This document shows positions 17,258-25,792 of a stretch of DNA of 64,000 bases, piece after piece. Within the stretch, counting starts at the first letter, position 1, and every line of letters starts with the position of its first letter. The stretch covers positions 73,650 through 137,649 of the forward strand of contig JAGSHN010000031.1 of NCBI GenBank assembly GCA_029855935.1, read 5' to 3'. The DNA is from Candidatus Thorarchaeota archaeon (GTDB lineage Archaea; Asgardarchaeota; Thorarchaeia; Thorarchaeales; Thorarchaeaceae). A program made the position numbers and the translations under genes. The notes under the pieces are model-generated. The model ran no database searches, was not told the DNA's origin, and worked only from the letters and a program-made list of their open reading frames with translations.

Positions 17258-19882
17258 TTGCTCATAGTTCAGGACACCAAAACCAATGATGTCATTCGTA
17301 TCATCACAGTTGACGCACTCGTGCAGCTCGGCGAGGTCCGGGCAGGCAAACACGTCAGGAGATTCGACCCTCAGAGGCTCTTGGGATATTTCCGTGCGGT
17401 CAATGATCACCTGCTCAGCTTCGCGAGCAGGTACGGCGATGCCTATCGGTATCTCCCCCTTCGCAACCGCCCGAATCCATCTGCGGCCCCATTGATTGGC
17501 GATTTGTATGAGGGTACAACCGATATTGCTCGTAGCTGGCTGGTGGACCTCTTTCTCGTGGCGCCTCTTGTGAAAGTGGGGGACATTGTACTACCTTCGA
17601 ACCAGCAGACATCCAACGTACGCCTGGCCAGAAACTGGTGCCTGATGTCACAGCACTCGTCACGACTCTACGTCGCTCAAGACCTCCGACAGGGACGGGT
17701 AGATGACCCCGGCTGGGTCACCTTTGTGACAGCCTCTGATCTGTCTGGCGGGCACAGCAGCATCAGTACCCGAGCATTGACCACAGCGATAGAGAGGAAC
17801 AGTCCGCTCATAGTCTCGCTGAGTGGAACAGAAGACGTCGACACACTACTGGAATGGCTCGTTAGGCTGAGAGAGGGTCACGCCGACACGCCACGGCTGA
17901 TGTTTCACATTCGCTCATACGAGGAGTGGGAAGGATCCATCGGGAGACTGCTCGACATTCCAAAGTCAATGCTGCTGACAAGCGGAGCGACCATCACACG
18001 CCTGTCAGAGGTCATCAGATATCTACGTAGGCACGACGGCGGAGACTGGTCCCGCAGACTCGTCTTCGCAAGCGCCTATCCTGAAACTCAATCGGGTGAC
18101 AGCATTCCCGAGATCCTGAGTTTTCTGCTGAGCAAGAGCCTTTCAGCGACTCCACTGGACCTTCACAGAATTCTGGGTGGAAATCTGCTGGGAATGCTAC
18201 CACCACGGCCCACATTCCTCAGACTTGCGGACTCAAAGGCGTCGGTGGTAATGGAAGCCACACTCGGCCGGCTGGGACTACGCGAGATAACGAGATTTCT
18301 CAAGGTACTTCTCCGTGGCGACCGTGTGGGCCTAGTCTCAGTGGACTTCATGGTGACGAAGGAGGGCCGGGTGTCAACCTCAGATGCTGTGCTGACACTT
18401 GCGGACATCTACGAGAGCACAGCAAGGGCCTTCGCCCTGTGCACAGAGAGGGATGGCACCTTGATAGCCACAGGATGGCGTGGTTCGTTTGAGGAGGTTC
18501 TAGAGGAACGGGACGATGACACCTTCAGGACAATAGTACGTTCCACTGCGTCATCAGAGGCAACAGTGTTCGACTCTCCAGCCCATCTCAACCAGCTCGG
18601 AGCGATGCTCGTGCGTTTCCTTGGGCTGTCGGAGGCCAATGCCGTTCTCTCAGCACTTCACTACAGAGTCAGCGTGCGGCACAGCTCACCAGGCATGGTA
18701 TTGATGGCACCCGAGGACCTCAGCGCACTCGGAATAGCCAGCGGCGAGAGAGCAATCATACTTCACAGTGGAACCCGGCAGTGGTGGGGAGGCACTGTCA
18801 GAGAACTCAACACGATTCCCAGGCATGAGGTCGGCATAAGTGACAGAGAAGCGGGCCTCTTCGGCGCGAATGAGGGCACCTCTGTCGATGTCGTTAGATG
18901 TCAGATGACACCACAGACATTGGAGGAGCTCGTCATCGGTTTTGAGAGAAGCGACGGGCACGTATCGATCGAGGATGATGCCTACCTGTACATGCATCAT
19001 CAGGCAATTCGGCAGCGACTGGAGGGGGCAATGGTTGGCATCGGCACGCGCCTCAATGTCTTTCCGACCGACACCACGATTAGGGCCTCAGTCATCGCCA
19101 CTGAGCCGCCGTTGATGCCCGGTCAGCTTGGGAGAGTCACTGAAGAGACCCGTATCCAGACGGTCCCGGTCCCGCTGCTTCGCGAGATGAACGTGGTCCT
19201 ATGTATCATCAGCCATGGACATACCAGTGAGGCCACCCTCCCTGTGGAGGATCCAATGTCAATAAGACGACGCCTCGAGCCGCTTCAGCAGGTGGTCCCC
19301 AGGTTCTCTGAGATAGGCGAGAGGATAGAGCGTACGGTCGACCGCCGCAGCGCGACCGTCATAGCCGGGTTGCTAATCCTCTCAGCCCTGAGTCAGAACC
19401 GTTCGCAGGGACGCTTGGCTCTCATTCGCGGGGGTGAGCGTGTCGAGAGATTCGGAATACAGAAAGGGCAGTTGGTGAAGCATTTTGCAGAATTCGAAGA
19501 TGACCTCTCCACACAGGAGATACTGCACTCAATCGTGGCCTCTATCGTGGAGTTGGCCGGGGGGCAGGACACCTACTCTCCGGACGAGGACTTGTACCAG
19601 GCCATCGCCGAGACCCTCTATGAGATGGGCGATGATATGCCGACAATGGTGATCGTACTGTCCGACACGAGGCCCAATCCTAGCGATGATGCCGAGGTGT
19701 TCCTCCGTGCCATTGCAACGCACAAGAGATACACGATAGACTGGTTGACGCTCGGGGCTGAGGAGCAGCCAACGCCGGGAGAACGGCTGATGAAACTGAT
19801 CAACAGCAGGATATTCGTGCTGGCGCAGCTCTCTGCTCGGGAGATCTTGGCCTATCTCCTGACCGCGGTACAATACCGATGA
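17258..19882 (+). CDS. Multidomain protein: inactive amidohydrolase-like barrel + Cdc48/NSF N-domain + vWA-like domain
   Basis: VDALVQLG / RLVFASAYP / ILGGN; VLMAPEDLSALGIASGE...VIATEP...VTEETRI; VIVLSD. Confidence 0.62.
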   Translation: MLIVQDTKTNDVIRIITVDALVQLGEVRAGKHVRRFDPQRLLGYFRAVNDHLLSFASRYGDAYRYLPLRNRPNPSAAPLIGDLYEGTTDIARSWLVDLFLVAPLVKVGDIVLPSNQQTSNVRLARNWCLMSQHSSRLYVAQDLRQGRVDDPGWVTFVTASDLSGGHSSISTRALTTAIERNSPLIVSLSGTEDVDTLLEWLVRLREGHADTPRLMFHIRSYEEWEGSIGRLLDIPKSMLLTSGATITRLSEVIRYLRRHDGGDWSRRLVFASAYPETQSGDSIPEILSFLLSKSLSATPLDLHRILGGNLLGMLPPRPTFLRLADSKASVVMEATLGRLGLREITRFLKVLLRGDRVGLVSVDFMVTKEGRVSTSDAVLTLADIYESTARAFALCTERDGTLIATGWRGSFEEVLEERDDDTFRTIVRSTASSEATVFDSPAHLNQLGAMLVRFLGLSEANAVLSALHYRVSVRHSSPGMVLMAPEDLSALGIASGERAIILHSGTRQWWGGTVRELNTIPRHEVGISDREAGLFGANEGTSVDVVRCQMTPQTLEELVIGFERSDGHVSIEDDAYLYMHHQAIRQRLEGAMVGIGTRLNVFPTDTTIRASVIATEPPLMPGQLGRVTEETRIQTVPVPLLREMNVVLCIISHGHTSEATLPVEDPMSIRRRLEPLQQVVPRFSEIGERIERTVDRRSATVIAGLLILSALSQNRSQGRLALIRGGERVERFGIQKGQLVKHFAEFEDDLSTQEILHSIVASIVELAGGQDTYSPDEDLYQAIAETLYEMGDDMPTMVIVLSDTRPNPSDDAEVFLRAIATHKRYTIDWLTLGAEEQPTPGERLMKLINSRIFVLAQLSAREILAYLLTAVQYR

Positions 19883-19951
19883 GGACTTGCCAGCAGAATG
19901 TGTACCGCATCACATTTTAGTCGGCCTCCGTACTAGGACTAACGAGCACTG

Positions 19952-20329
19952 ATGAACGAGAGCGAGGTTCCTATCGAGTTCCAGTTTGAGGATGGACAGG
20001 TATTGAGAGCCGTTCTCGATGTGGTCAGGGCCCCGCAGATTGTTGATGCAATCAGGCACAGGCTGCCCCTTGAATCGAGAACAGTCCTTGTGAGAAACGA
20101 GATGAAGATACCGCTGGATATTTCGAGGGGGAATCAGAAGCCAACCCACGAGGTCAAGGCTGGCGACATAGCATATATGCCTCTTGGCGACTCGCTCTGT
20201 ATCTACCTCGCGGACATGCGCACCTTCAGCCCAGTGAACGTGATTGGAAGAGTCAGAAGCATCGACAACCTGGATATGCTAAGGCACCTTCGCCGGGGCG
20301 CAAGGGTCACGGTGAGGCTGAGCGAATGA
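19952..20329 (+). CDS. Cyclophilin-like (TM1367/DUF3830-type) protein
   Basis: EVKAGDIAYMPLGDSLCIY and SPVNVIGRV motifs. Confidence 0.8.
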   Translation: MNESEVPIEFQFEDGQVLRAVLDVVRAPQIVDAIRHRLPLESRTVLVRNEMKIPLDISRGNQKPTHEVKAGDIAYMPLGDSLCIYLADMRTFSPVNVIGRVRSIDNLDMLRHLRRGARVTVRLSE

Positions 20330-20431
20330 CGGATCAGACAAGAGAAAAGGTGGACAGGCACACTTGATCTGTCTGATGAGGTGAAAGATCTCGTAGAGGA
20401 ATACCATAGTCGCCACACAGAGATGATCGCA

Positions 20432-20983
20432 CTATATCCTTTGCAGCGATCGCAGGAGCTCTCTTGTCTCCGAAGACTCACGCGGTACTGGGTCAACGAC
20501 TATACCTGGCTCGTATGTTTCGATGATGACCTCTACGCCTGAGTCGCGTACTCGCTTGAAGCCTCTCTTTGACAGGGCACGTACAGTCAGCGTGGTAGTG
20601 TCGAATTGTGTCTTCCCCGTCGCCTGCCCCACGGCTGCATCATGCCTGAGCCGACTTCTCAACATTCTGACCTGTTCTTTCAGCTCGGCAACGCGGACCT
20701 GAAGCTCGTTTCTCTCCTCTGTCACGCGCCGCTCGGCCTCAAGCAGCGCCTCATAGTCCTTCATCGGGACAAACTCCTCGCTTCGATCGATCCAATACAC
20801 TGTTGTGCCGTCTTGTCGGCGCCTGGTACGTACGAGCCCGAGAGCCCTCAATACTGCAATGACATCATAGACTCGCCGCTTGGGGACGCCTATCGTCAGG
20901 GCAATAATGTCACTCCGGATGCCCTCGTCCCCGCACTCCTTTATGAGACTGATGCACTTCTGGGCCAACTCAACGAGCTTCAC
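20432..20983 (-). CDS. E2F/DP-family winged-helix transcription factor-like protein
   Basis: KRRVYDVIAVLRALGLV...W signature, following heptad coiled coil; GTG 20983 preceded by GAGGTG SD. Confidence 0.85.
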   Translation of the reverse strand: MKLVELAQKCISLIKECGDEGIRSDIIALTIGVPKRRVYDVIAVLRALGLVRTRRRQDGTTVYWIDRSEEFVPMKDYEALLEAERRVTEERNELQVRVAELKEQVRMLRSRLRHDAAVGQATGKTQFDTTTLTVRALSKRGFKRVRDSGVEVIIETYEPGIVVDPVPRESSETRELLRSLQRI

Positions 20984-21079
20984 AGTTGCACCTCGGTGGA
21001 GAATCCTGCATGATCTCATATGGAGAGAAGGTGGTCCCCCTACTGCCGAACTCTGTCTTAAGTGTTTGTATTATCCTGT

Positions 21080-21136
21080 CGATTTTTCGCGGTTCCGATT
21101 TTTCGAGAGGCGTATTCGGCCCACTGTGGCGCGAGA
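21080..21136. promoter_or_regulatory. Direct repeat CGATTTTTCG (21080-21089, 21096-21105) and E2F-consensus-like sites TTTTTCGCGG (21083-21092) and TGTGGCGCGAGA (21125-21136)
   Basis: Read directly from the divergent intergenic region upstream of the E2F-like gene. Confidence 0.45.
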
Positions 21137-21214
21137 TAGCAGCACCGACAATTTGATAACATACAGTCAGGGGCCGTCAGTTGCTTGAAACGCAACAGAG
21201 CGGCGGCGATAGTG

Positions 21215-22549
21215 ATGAAAAGAAAGAGAGTAATCATAATGGGTGCTGCTGGCCGAGACTTCCACAACTTCAACGTGTACTTTCGTGACAACGAGGAGTA
21301 CGAAGTTGTGGCCTTCACGGCAGAACAGATCCCCGGAATAGAGGACAGAATCTATCCCCCTGAACTCTCCGGAAGACTGTATCCTGAGGGCATCAAGATA
21401 TACCCTGAGGAGAAACTGCCCGAACTGGTCCAGAAGTATCAGCCAGAGCAGTGCATTCTTGCGTATTCCGACCTGTCGCACATAACGGTCGGACATAAGA
21501 TAGCGTGGGTGAACTCCCTAGGCCCCGACATGCGTCTGATGGGGCCGACGACAACTATGCTGAAGAGCAAGAAACCGGTCATTGCTGTATGTGCCATCCG
21601 GACAGGCTGCGGAAAGAGCCAGACCTCACGCAGAGTCAACAAGATACTCGTAGATATGGGGCTCAAGCCAGTCAATGTCAGGCATCCCATGCCCTACGAC
21701 CCGGATCTGACCACACAGATAGCGCAGAGGTTCGAAACACTGGAGGATATGGACAGGTACCGCTGCACGATTGAAGAGCGGGAGGAGTATGAGCCCATGA
21801 TAAACATGGGTGTCGTGGTCTATGCTGGGGTGGACTATGCAAAGATCCTTGAGCAGGCGGAGCAAGAGGCAGACATCATCACATGGGACGGCGGAAACAA
21901 CGACTTCCCCTTCTACAAGCCCGACCTGCTCATCACGGTCGTCGATCCGCACAGGGCCGGTCACGAGGTGACGTATTATCCGGGTGAGACCAATCTCAGG
22001 ATGGCGGACGTGATCATAATCAATAAGGTCGAAACCGCCGACTATGAGAACATAGAGAAGGTCAGACGGAATATCGAGGCGCTCAACCCCGATGCTGTGG
22101 TCATCGACGCAGCCTCACCAGTCCGTGTCGAGGACATAAGCGTCATCAGAGGCAAGCGTGTGCTCGTCATCGAAGATGGCCCGACAGTGACCCACGGTGA
22201 GATGCGGTACGGCGCGGGCTACATTGCCGCTCGCAAGGCTGGTGCCACGATTGTTGACCCACGGCCGTATGCGGTGGGCAGCATACGCGACACCTTCGAG
22301 AAGTACCGCCATCTTGAGAATGTCCTGCCAGCAATGGGTTACGGTGCCGAGCAGATGAAGGAACTTGAGGAAACAATCAACAAGGCGGATGTCGACGCCG
22401 TTGTAGTAGGTACTCCAATCGACTTGACCCGCATAATCAAGATCAACAAGCCCTCCACGAGAGTGCGCTACGATCTTCAGGAGATTGGAAGACCAGATCT
22501 TGAAGATGTCGTCAAGGAGTTCGTGGAGAAGCACGGGCTCGTCAAGTGA
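21215..22549 (+). CDS. COG2403 P-loop protein (cDPG synthetase superfamily), probable arginine synthetase ArcE type
   Basis: GAAGRDFHNFN, RTGCGKS, RHPMPY, TIEEREEYEP, WDGGNND, EDGPT, PAMGYG. Confidence 0.8.
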   Translation: MKRKRVIIMGAAGRDFHNFNVYFRDNEEYEVVAFTAEQIPGIEDRIYPPELSGRLYPEGIKIYPEEKLPELVQKYQPEQCILAYSDLSHITVGHKIAWVNSLGPDMRLMGPTTTMLKSKKPVIAVCAIRTGCGKSQTSRRVNKILVDMGLKPVNVRHPMPYDPDLTTQIAQRFETLEDMDRYRCTIEEREEYEPMINMGVVVYAGVDYAKILEQAEQEADIITWDGGNNDFPFYKPDLLITVVDPHRAGHEVTYYPGETNLRMADVIIINKVETADYENIEKVRRNIEALNPDAVVIDAASPVRVEDISVIRGKRVLVIEDGPTVTHGEMRYGAGYIAARKAGATIVDPRPYAVGSIRDTFEKYRHLENVLPAMGYGAEQMKELEETINKADVDAVVVGTPIDLTRIIKINKPSTRVRYDLQEIGRPDLEDVVKEFVEKHGLVK

Positions 22550-22760
22550 GAGAGAACAGAGCGAGATGGGCAGTACCGCTGTGGGTGCGAGGAGCAGCGG
22601 TCCACTGCCTCATCTCCCATCGTCTTTTTGCGCACATCACTCATTGATTGAGGTATCTCCCGCATCGGGATATCAGGCGACAGCCCGTGGTCGAGAAAGG
22701 CTATAAACGGGCGATACATCGTTCGCAGCAACCTGGCCTTGTGACCGGGAGAAAGGCAGC

Positions 22761-24431
22761 ATGAGCGTGCACTATCCGATACTTGTCAGCGGACAGGAGA
22801 GAGACACCGGCCACTATACGATATTCCCAGACATGGATAGGGTGATTGAGGACCCGGGTCTGGCGATAGCGTTGCAGCTACGCGATGCCTCAGCAGGTCA
22901 GCGACTGTCATTCAGGTGGCTGCCATTCCTCATCCCGCGCTCCGCCCCGGAGTTGCGATATCTGCGCGACTACCGAAGAGCACATGGAGTACCCAAGTAC
23001 GGAAAGAGCGAGCTAGACGAGGTGACCTTCGCCAAGGTCTCACTGGCCCGTGACAGCGACATCGATGACGCACTCGCCACGGGAGTGAGGGATCATCTGA
23101 GTCTCTTCAACCCGTTCCGTGTTGACGGCATGGGTGTGACCCTCGACGAGCGGGTCGATGCACTGTACCGTGCAGGTCTGGCAGTCAAGAGGGAGTTCAG
23201 ACAGATACGGGAGATCTCCGTCAGAGAGGGGGTGCCCATCAAGACCTTCGAGTGGACGTGGAAGATGTTCACCGAGTATCTTGAGAGAGAGACCTTCAGT
23301 CTCTGGGCTGAGGCTCTGGACGTCTTGGAGAGGCCCGGTAGGGACGGGGGGAGAAACTACAGGTTCAGAGAGCCGTACGGTGTGACATGCCTGTTCACGC
23401 CATACAACTCGCCGCTCGCATTGGGTATCCTCAGTATCACCTCCTCCATTCTCGCTGGAAATGCGACGATACTGAAGCCACCGAGCAAGGTGCCACTGAG
23501 CACGATTGTCCTCGGCCGGATAATGCTAAGCTCCTTTCTAGAGCAGGGTCTTCCGCCAGGCATACTTCAGGTCCTGACAGGGGGCGGAAAGCGGATGATG
23601 AGACGTTTCCTCTCCGACCCGCGTACGGGAGCTCTAGTGTGGTATGGTGACAGCTCAACCGGCATCGAGTTATGGGCCGAGGCCATAAGAAGACGAATTC
23701 AGATGGCACCGGAGCTGGCAGGTAGCGATGCGTGCCTCGTCTGGGGAAGGGATGTCGACCTCGAGAGAGTGGTACAGATCATTGTCAGGGGCCGCTTCCT
23801 CGGCGGCGGTCAGGCCTGCATGGCGATAAAGCGCGTTCTTGTCCAGCGAGAGCTGCACGATGACCTGATTGATCTCCTAGTGGAGGAGATCTCACATCTG
23901 AAGATGGGACGACCCTCCGACCCAGAGGTAGATCTACCGCCGCTGGGACTCACAGCGCTGTACCTTCTGCTCGACCAGATGGAGGATGCCAGGGCCAGGG
24001 GCGCAGATGTAGTCACAGGAGGATACCGTTGCAACTTCCTTGGGGAGCCAGATTCTGCCGGACTCTTCTATGCACCCACAATCATCAGAAATGTGACACT
24101 GGAGATGCGCGTGATGCGGGAGGAGGTCTTCGCGCCAGCCCTGCCAGTGATGAGTGTGGACAGCGTGGAGCAGGCTATCGGGATTGCGAATCAGTCCAGA
24201 TACGGCCTGCGCGCATCTGTGTTCACGGACGATGAGAGAGTCAGGGCCAGATGGATCAAGGAAGTACAAGCGGGAGGGATAATAGTCGAACAGGACCATC
24301 TCTACTTCGATCCTCACATGCCGCATCTGGGCGGCTACAAAGACTCCGGAATAATCGGTGCAAAGTACTTTCCAGTGATGCTCACTCGAATGAAATACGT
24401 ACATACGGGACCGGGCGTGTCACCACTATGA
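22761..24431 (+). CDS. Aldehyde dehydrogenase family protein (divergent)
   Basis: REPYGV, PYNSP, GNATILKP, PELAGSD, GQACMA (catalytic Cys), EEVFAP, YGL, GGYKDSG. Confidence 0.9.
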   Translation: MSVHYPILVSGQERDTGHYTIFPDMDRVIEDPGLAIALQLRDASAGQRLSFRWLPFLIPRSAPELRYLRDYRRAHGVPKYGKSELDEVTFAKVSLARDSDIDDALATGVRDHLSLFNPFRVDGMGVTLDERVDALYRAGLAVKREFRQIREISVREGVPIKTFEWTWKMFTEYLERETFSLWAEALDVLERPGRDGGRNYRFREPYGVTCLFTPYNSPLALGILSITSSILAGNATILKPPSKVPLSTIVLGRIMLSSFLEQGLPPGILQVLTGGGKRMMRRFLSDPRTGALVWYGDSSTGIELWAEAIRRRIQMAPELAGSDACLVWGRDVDLERVVQIIVRGRFLGGGQACMAIKRVLVQRELHDDLIDLLVEEISHLKMGRPSDPEVDLPPLGLTALYLLLDQMEDARARGADVVTGGYRCNFLGEPDSAGLFYAPTIIRNVTLEMRVMREEVFAPALPVMSVDSVEQAIGIANQSRYGLRASVFTDDERVRARWIKEVQAGGIIVEQDHLYFDPHMPHLGGYKDSGIIGAKYFPVMLTRMKYVHTGPGVSPL

Positions 24432-25786
24432 CAGAGCCGAGAGGCCGTGATCGGGAGCCGGGTGGACGTCAGACCACACGAGAGGCGAGAGAGGTTGCAG
24501 TTAGACTGCTGACCGTCTTCACCCAGGGGGTCAAGTCCATGCATGCGGTACTCCGGGACTACCTCTTCACAACCAGACCGCCCGCCAATCTGTTCAATCT
24601 CGTCCAGGCGCTGACTATGAGCACCGTCCGGTATCTCAATACCATCGACTTCATCATAATCCGAAGCGGACTCCCTGTGCGGGTGAAGGATCTGCCAGCC
24701 GAACAGAGAAATGCGCTGAGGCTTGCTGTCTTCGAGGGGCGGTGGCTCGGAGAGCCTATTGAAGAACTGAAGGCCGACTATCTCCGGGGCATTGACGAGC
24801 TTGCGGACGCCGTTGAACGTGCGACCGAGGCCGACTTGGGTCGTCTTGTGTCACGTCTCCCCGAGGACGAACGACTTGGAGTGATGTACTCTCACCCAAC
24901 ATTCATTGTGAGGACGCTGCTTGATAATCTCCCCGAGAAGCAGGTGCTGGCCCTACTCAAGGCCAATCTCTCACCGCGACCGTACTACGTCAGACCGAAC
25001 AGGCTCAAGAACGAGGACGCCAACATTGTAGAGAGTCTCTCAGCGGAGGGCGTGAGAGTCACTCCTGACGGAGATGTAGAGGAACTCTTCCGTGTGATTA
25101 GTGCGCCTGACAAAGTCGTACGATCGCATCTCTTTGCGGAGGGCAGAGTCCTCATTCAGGATAAGGCGAGCCTGCTCACGGTCCGGGCACTGGATGTCAG
25201 GCCGGGGGAAACTGTCTGGGACGCCTGTGCAGCACCAGGCATGAAGACGCAGGCGCTATGGGAGATGATGGATGCAAGGGGGAGGCTGGTCGCTTCTGAC
25301 GTTCACATGGCCCGGCTGAGGACAGCCGTTGATAGAGCGTCCATGCTTGGTCTCGACAGGGTGGCTTGGCTCCACACCGATGCGTCGACGGCACCAGTCA
25401 GGAACGCGGACAAGATACTCATAGACGCGCCCTGCACGTCCACCGGTATCCTTCGAAGTAGACCCTCGTTCAAGTGGAAGCTTAACAAGAAGACACTACT
25501 GAACATAATGTCAGTTCAGAACAAGATACTCTACGGAATTGTCAGGGCATACTTGGATTGCCCCGGGACAGAGATTGTCTACGCCACGTGCTCGATACTG
25601 CCCCACGAGGGAGAGTCACAGATTGACTCGGTCATCTCAAGATTTGATGTCGAGCTCGTGGACGTACCGATAGAGTGTGCCGACCACGGCTATGAGGGCT
25701 ACGCCTGCTCTGAGAAGGTCAGACGTCTCTTCCCACACAGACACGACACGTCAGGTTTCTTCATCGCAAAGATTCGTATCCCCTGA
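24428..25786 (+). CDS. RsmB/NOP2-family RNA m5C methyltransferase with NusB-like N-terminus
   Basis: IQDKAS, DACAAPGMKT, DAPCTSTG, YATCS, GFFIAK; ATGA overlap with ALDH stop. Confidence 0.92.
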   Translation: MTEPRGRDREPGGRQTTREAREVAVRLLTVFTQGVKSMHAVLRDYLFTTRPPANLFNLVQALTMSTVRYLNTIDFIIIRSGLPVRVKDLPAEQRNALRLAVFEGRWLGEPIEELKADYLRGIDELADAVERATEADLGRLVSRLPEDERLGVMYSHPTFIVRTLLDNLPEKQVLALLKANLSPRPYYVRPNRLKNEDANIVESLSAEGVRVTPDGDVEELFRVISAPDKVVRSHLFAEGRVLIQDKASLLTVRALDVRPGETVWDACAAPGMKTQALWEMMDARGRLVASDVHMARLRTAVDRASMLGLDRVAWLHTDASTAPVRNADKILIDAPCTSTGILRSRPSFKWKLNKKTLLNIMSVQNKILYGIVRAYLDCPGTEIVYATCSILPHEGESQIDSVISRFDVELVDVPIECADHGYEGYACSEKVRRLFPHRHDTSGFFIAKIRIP

Positions 25787-25792
25787 GAGGGC

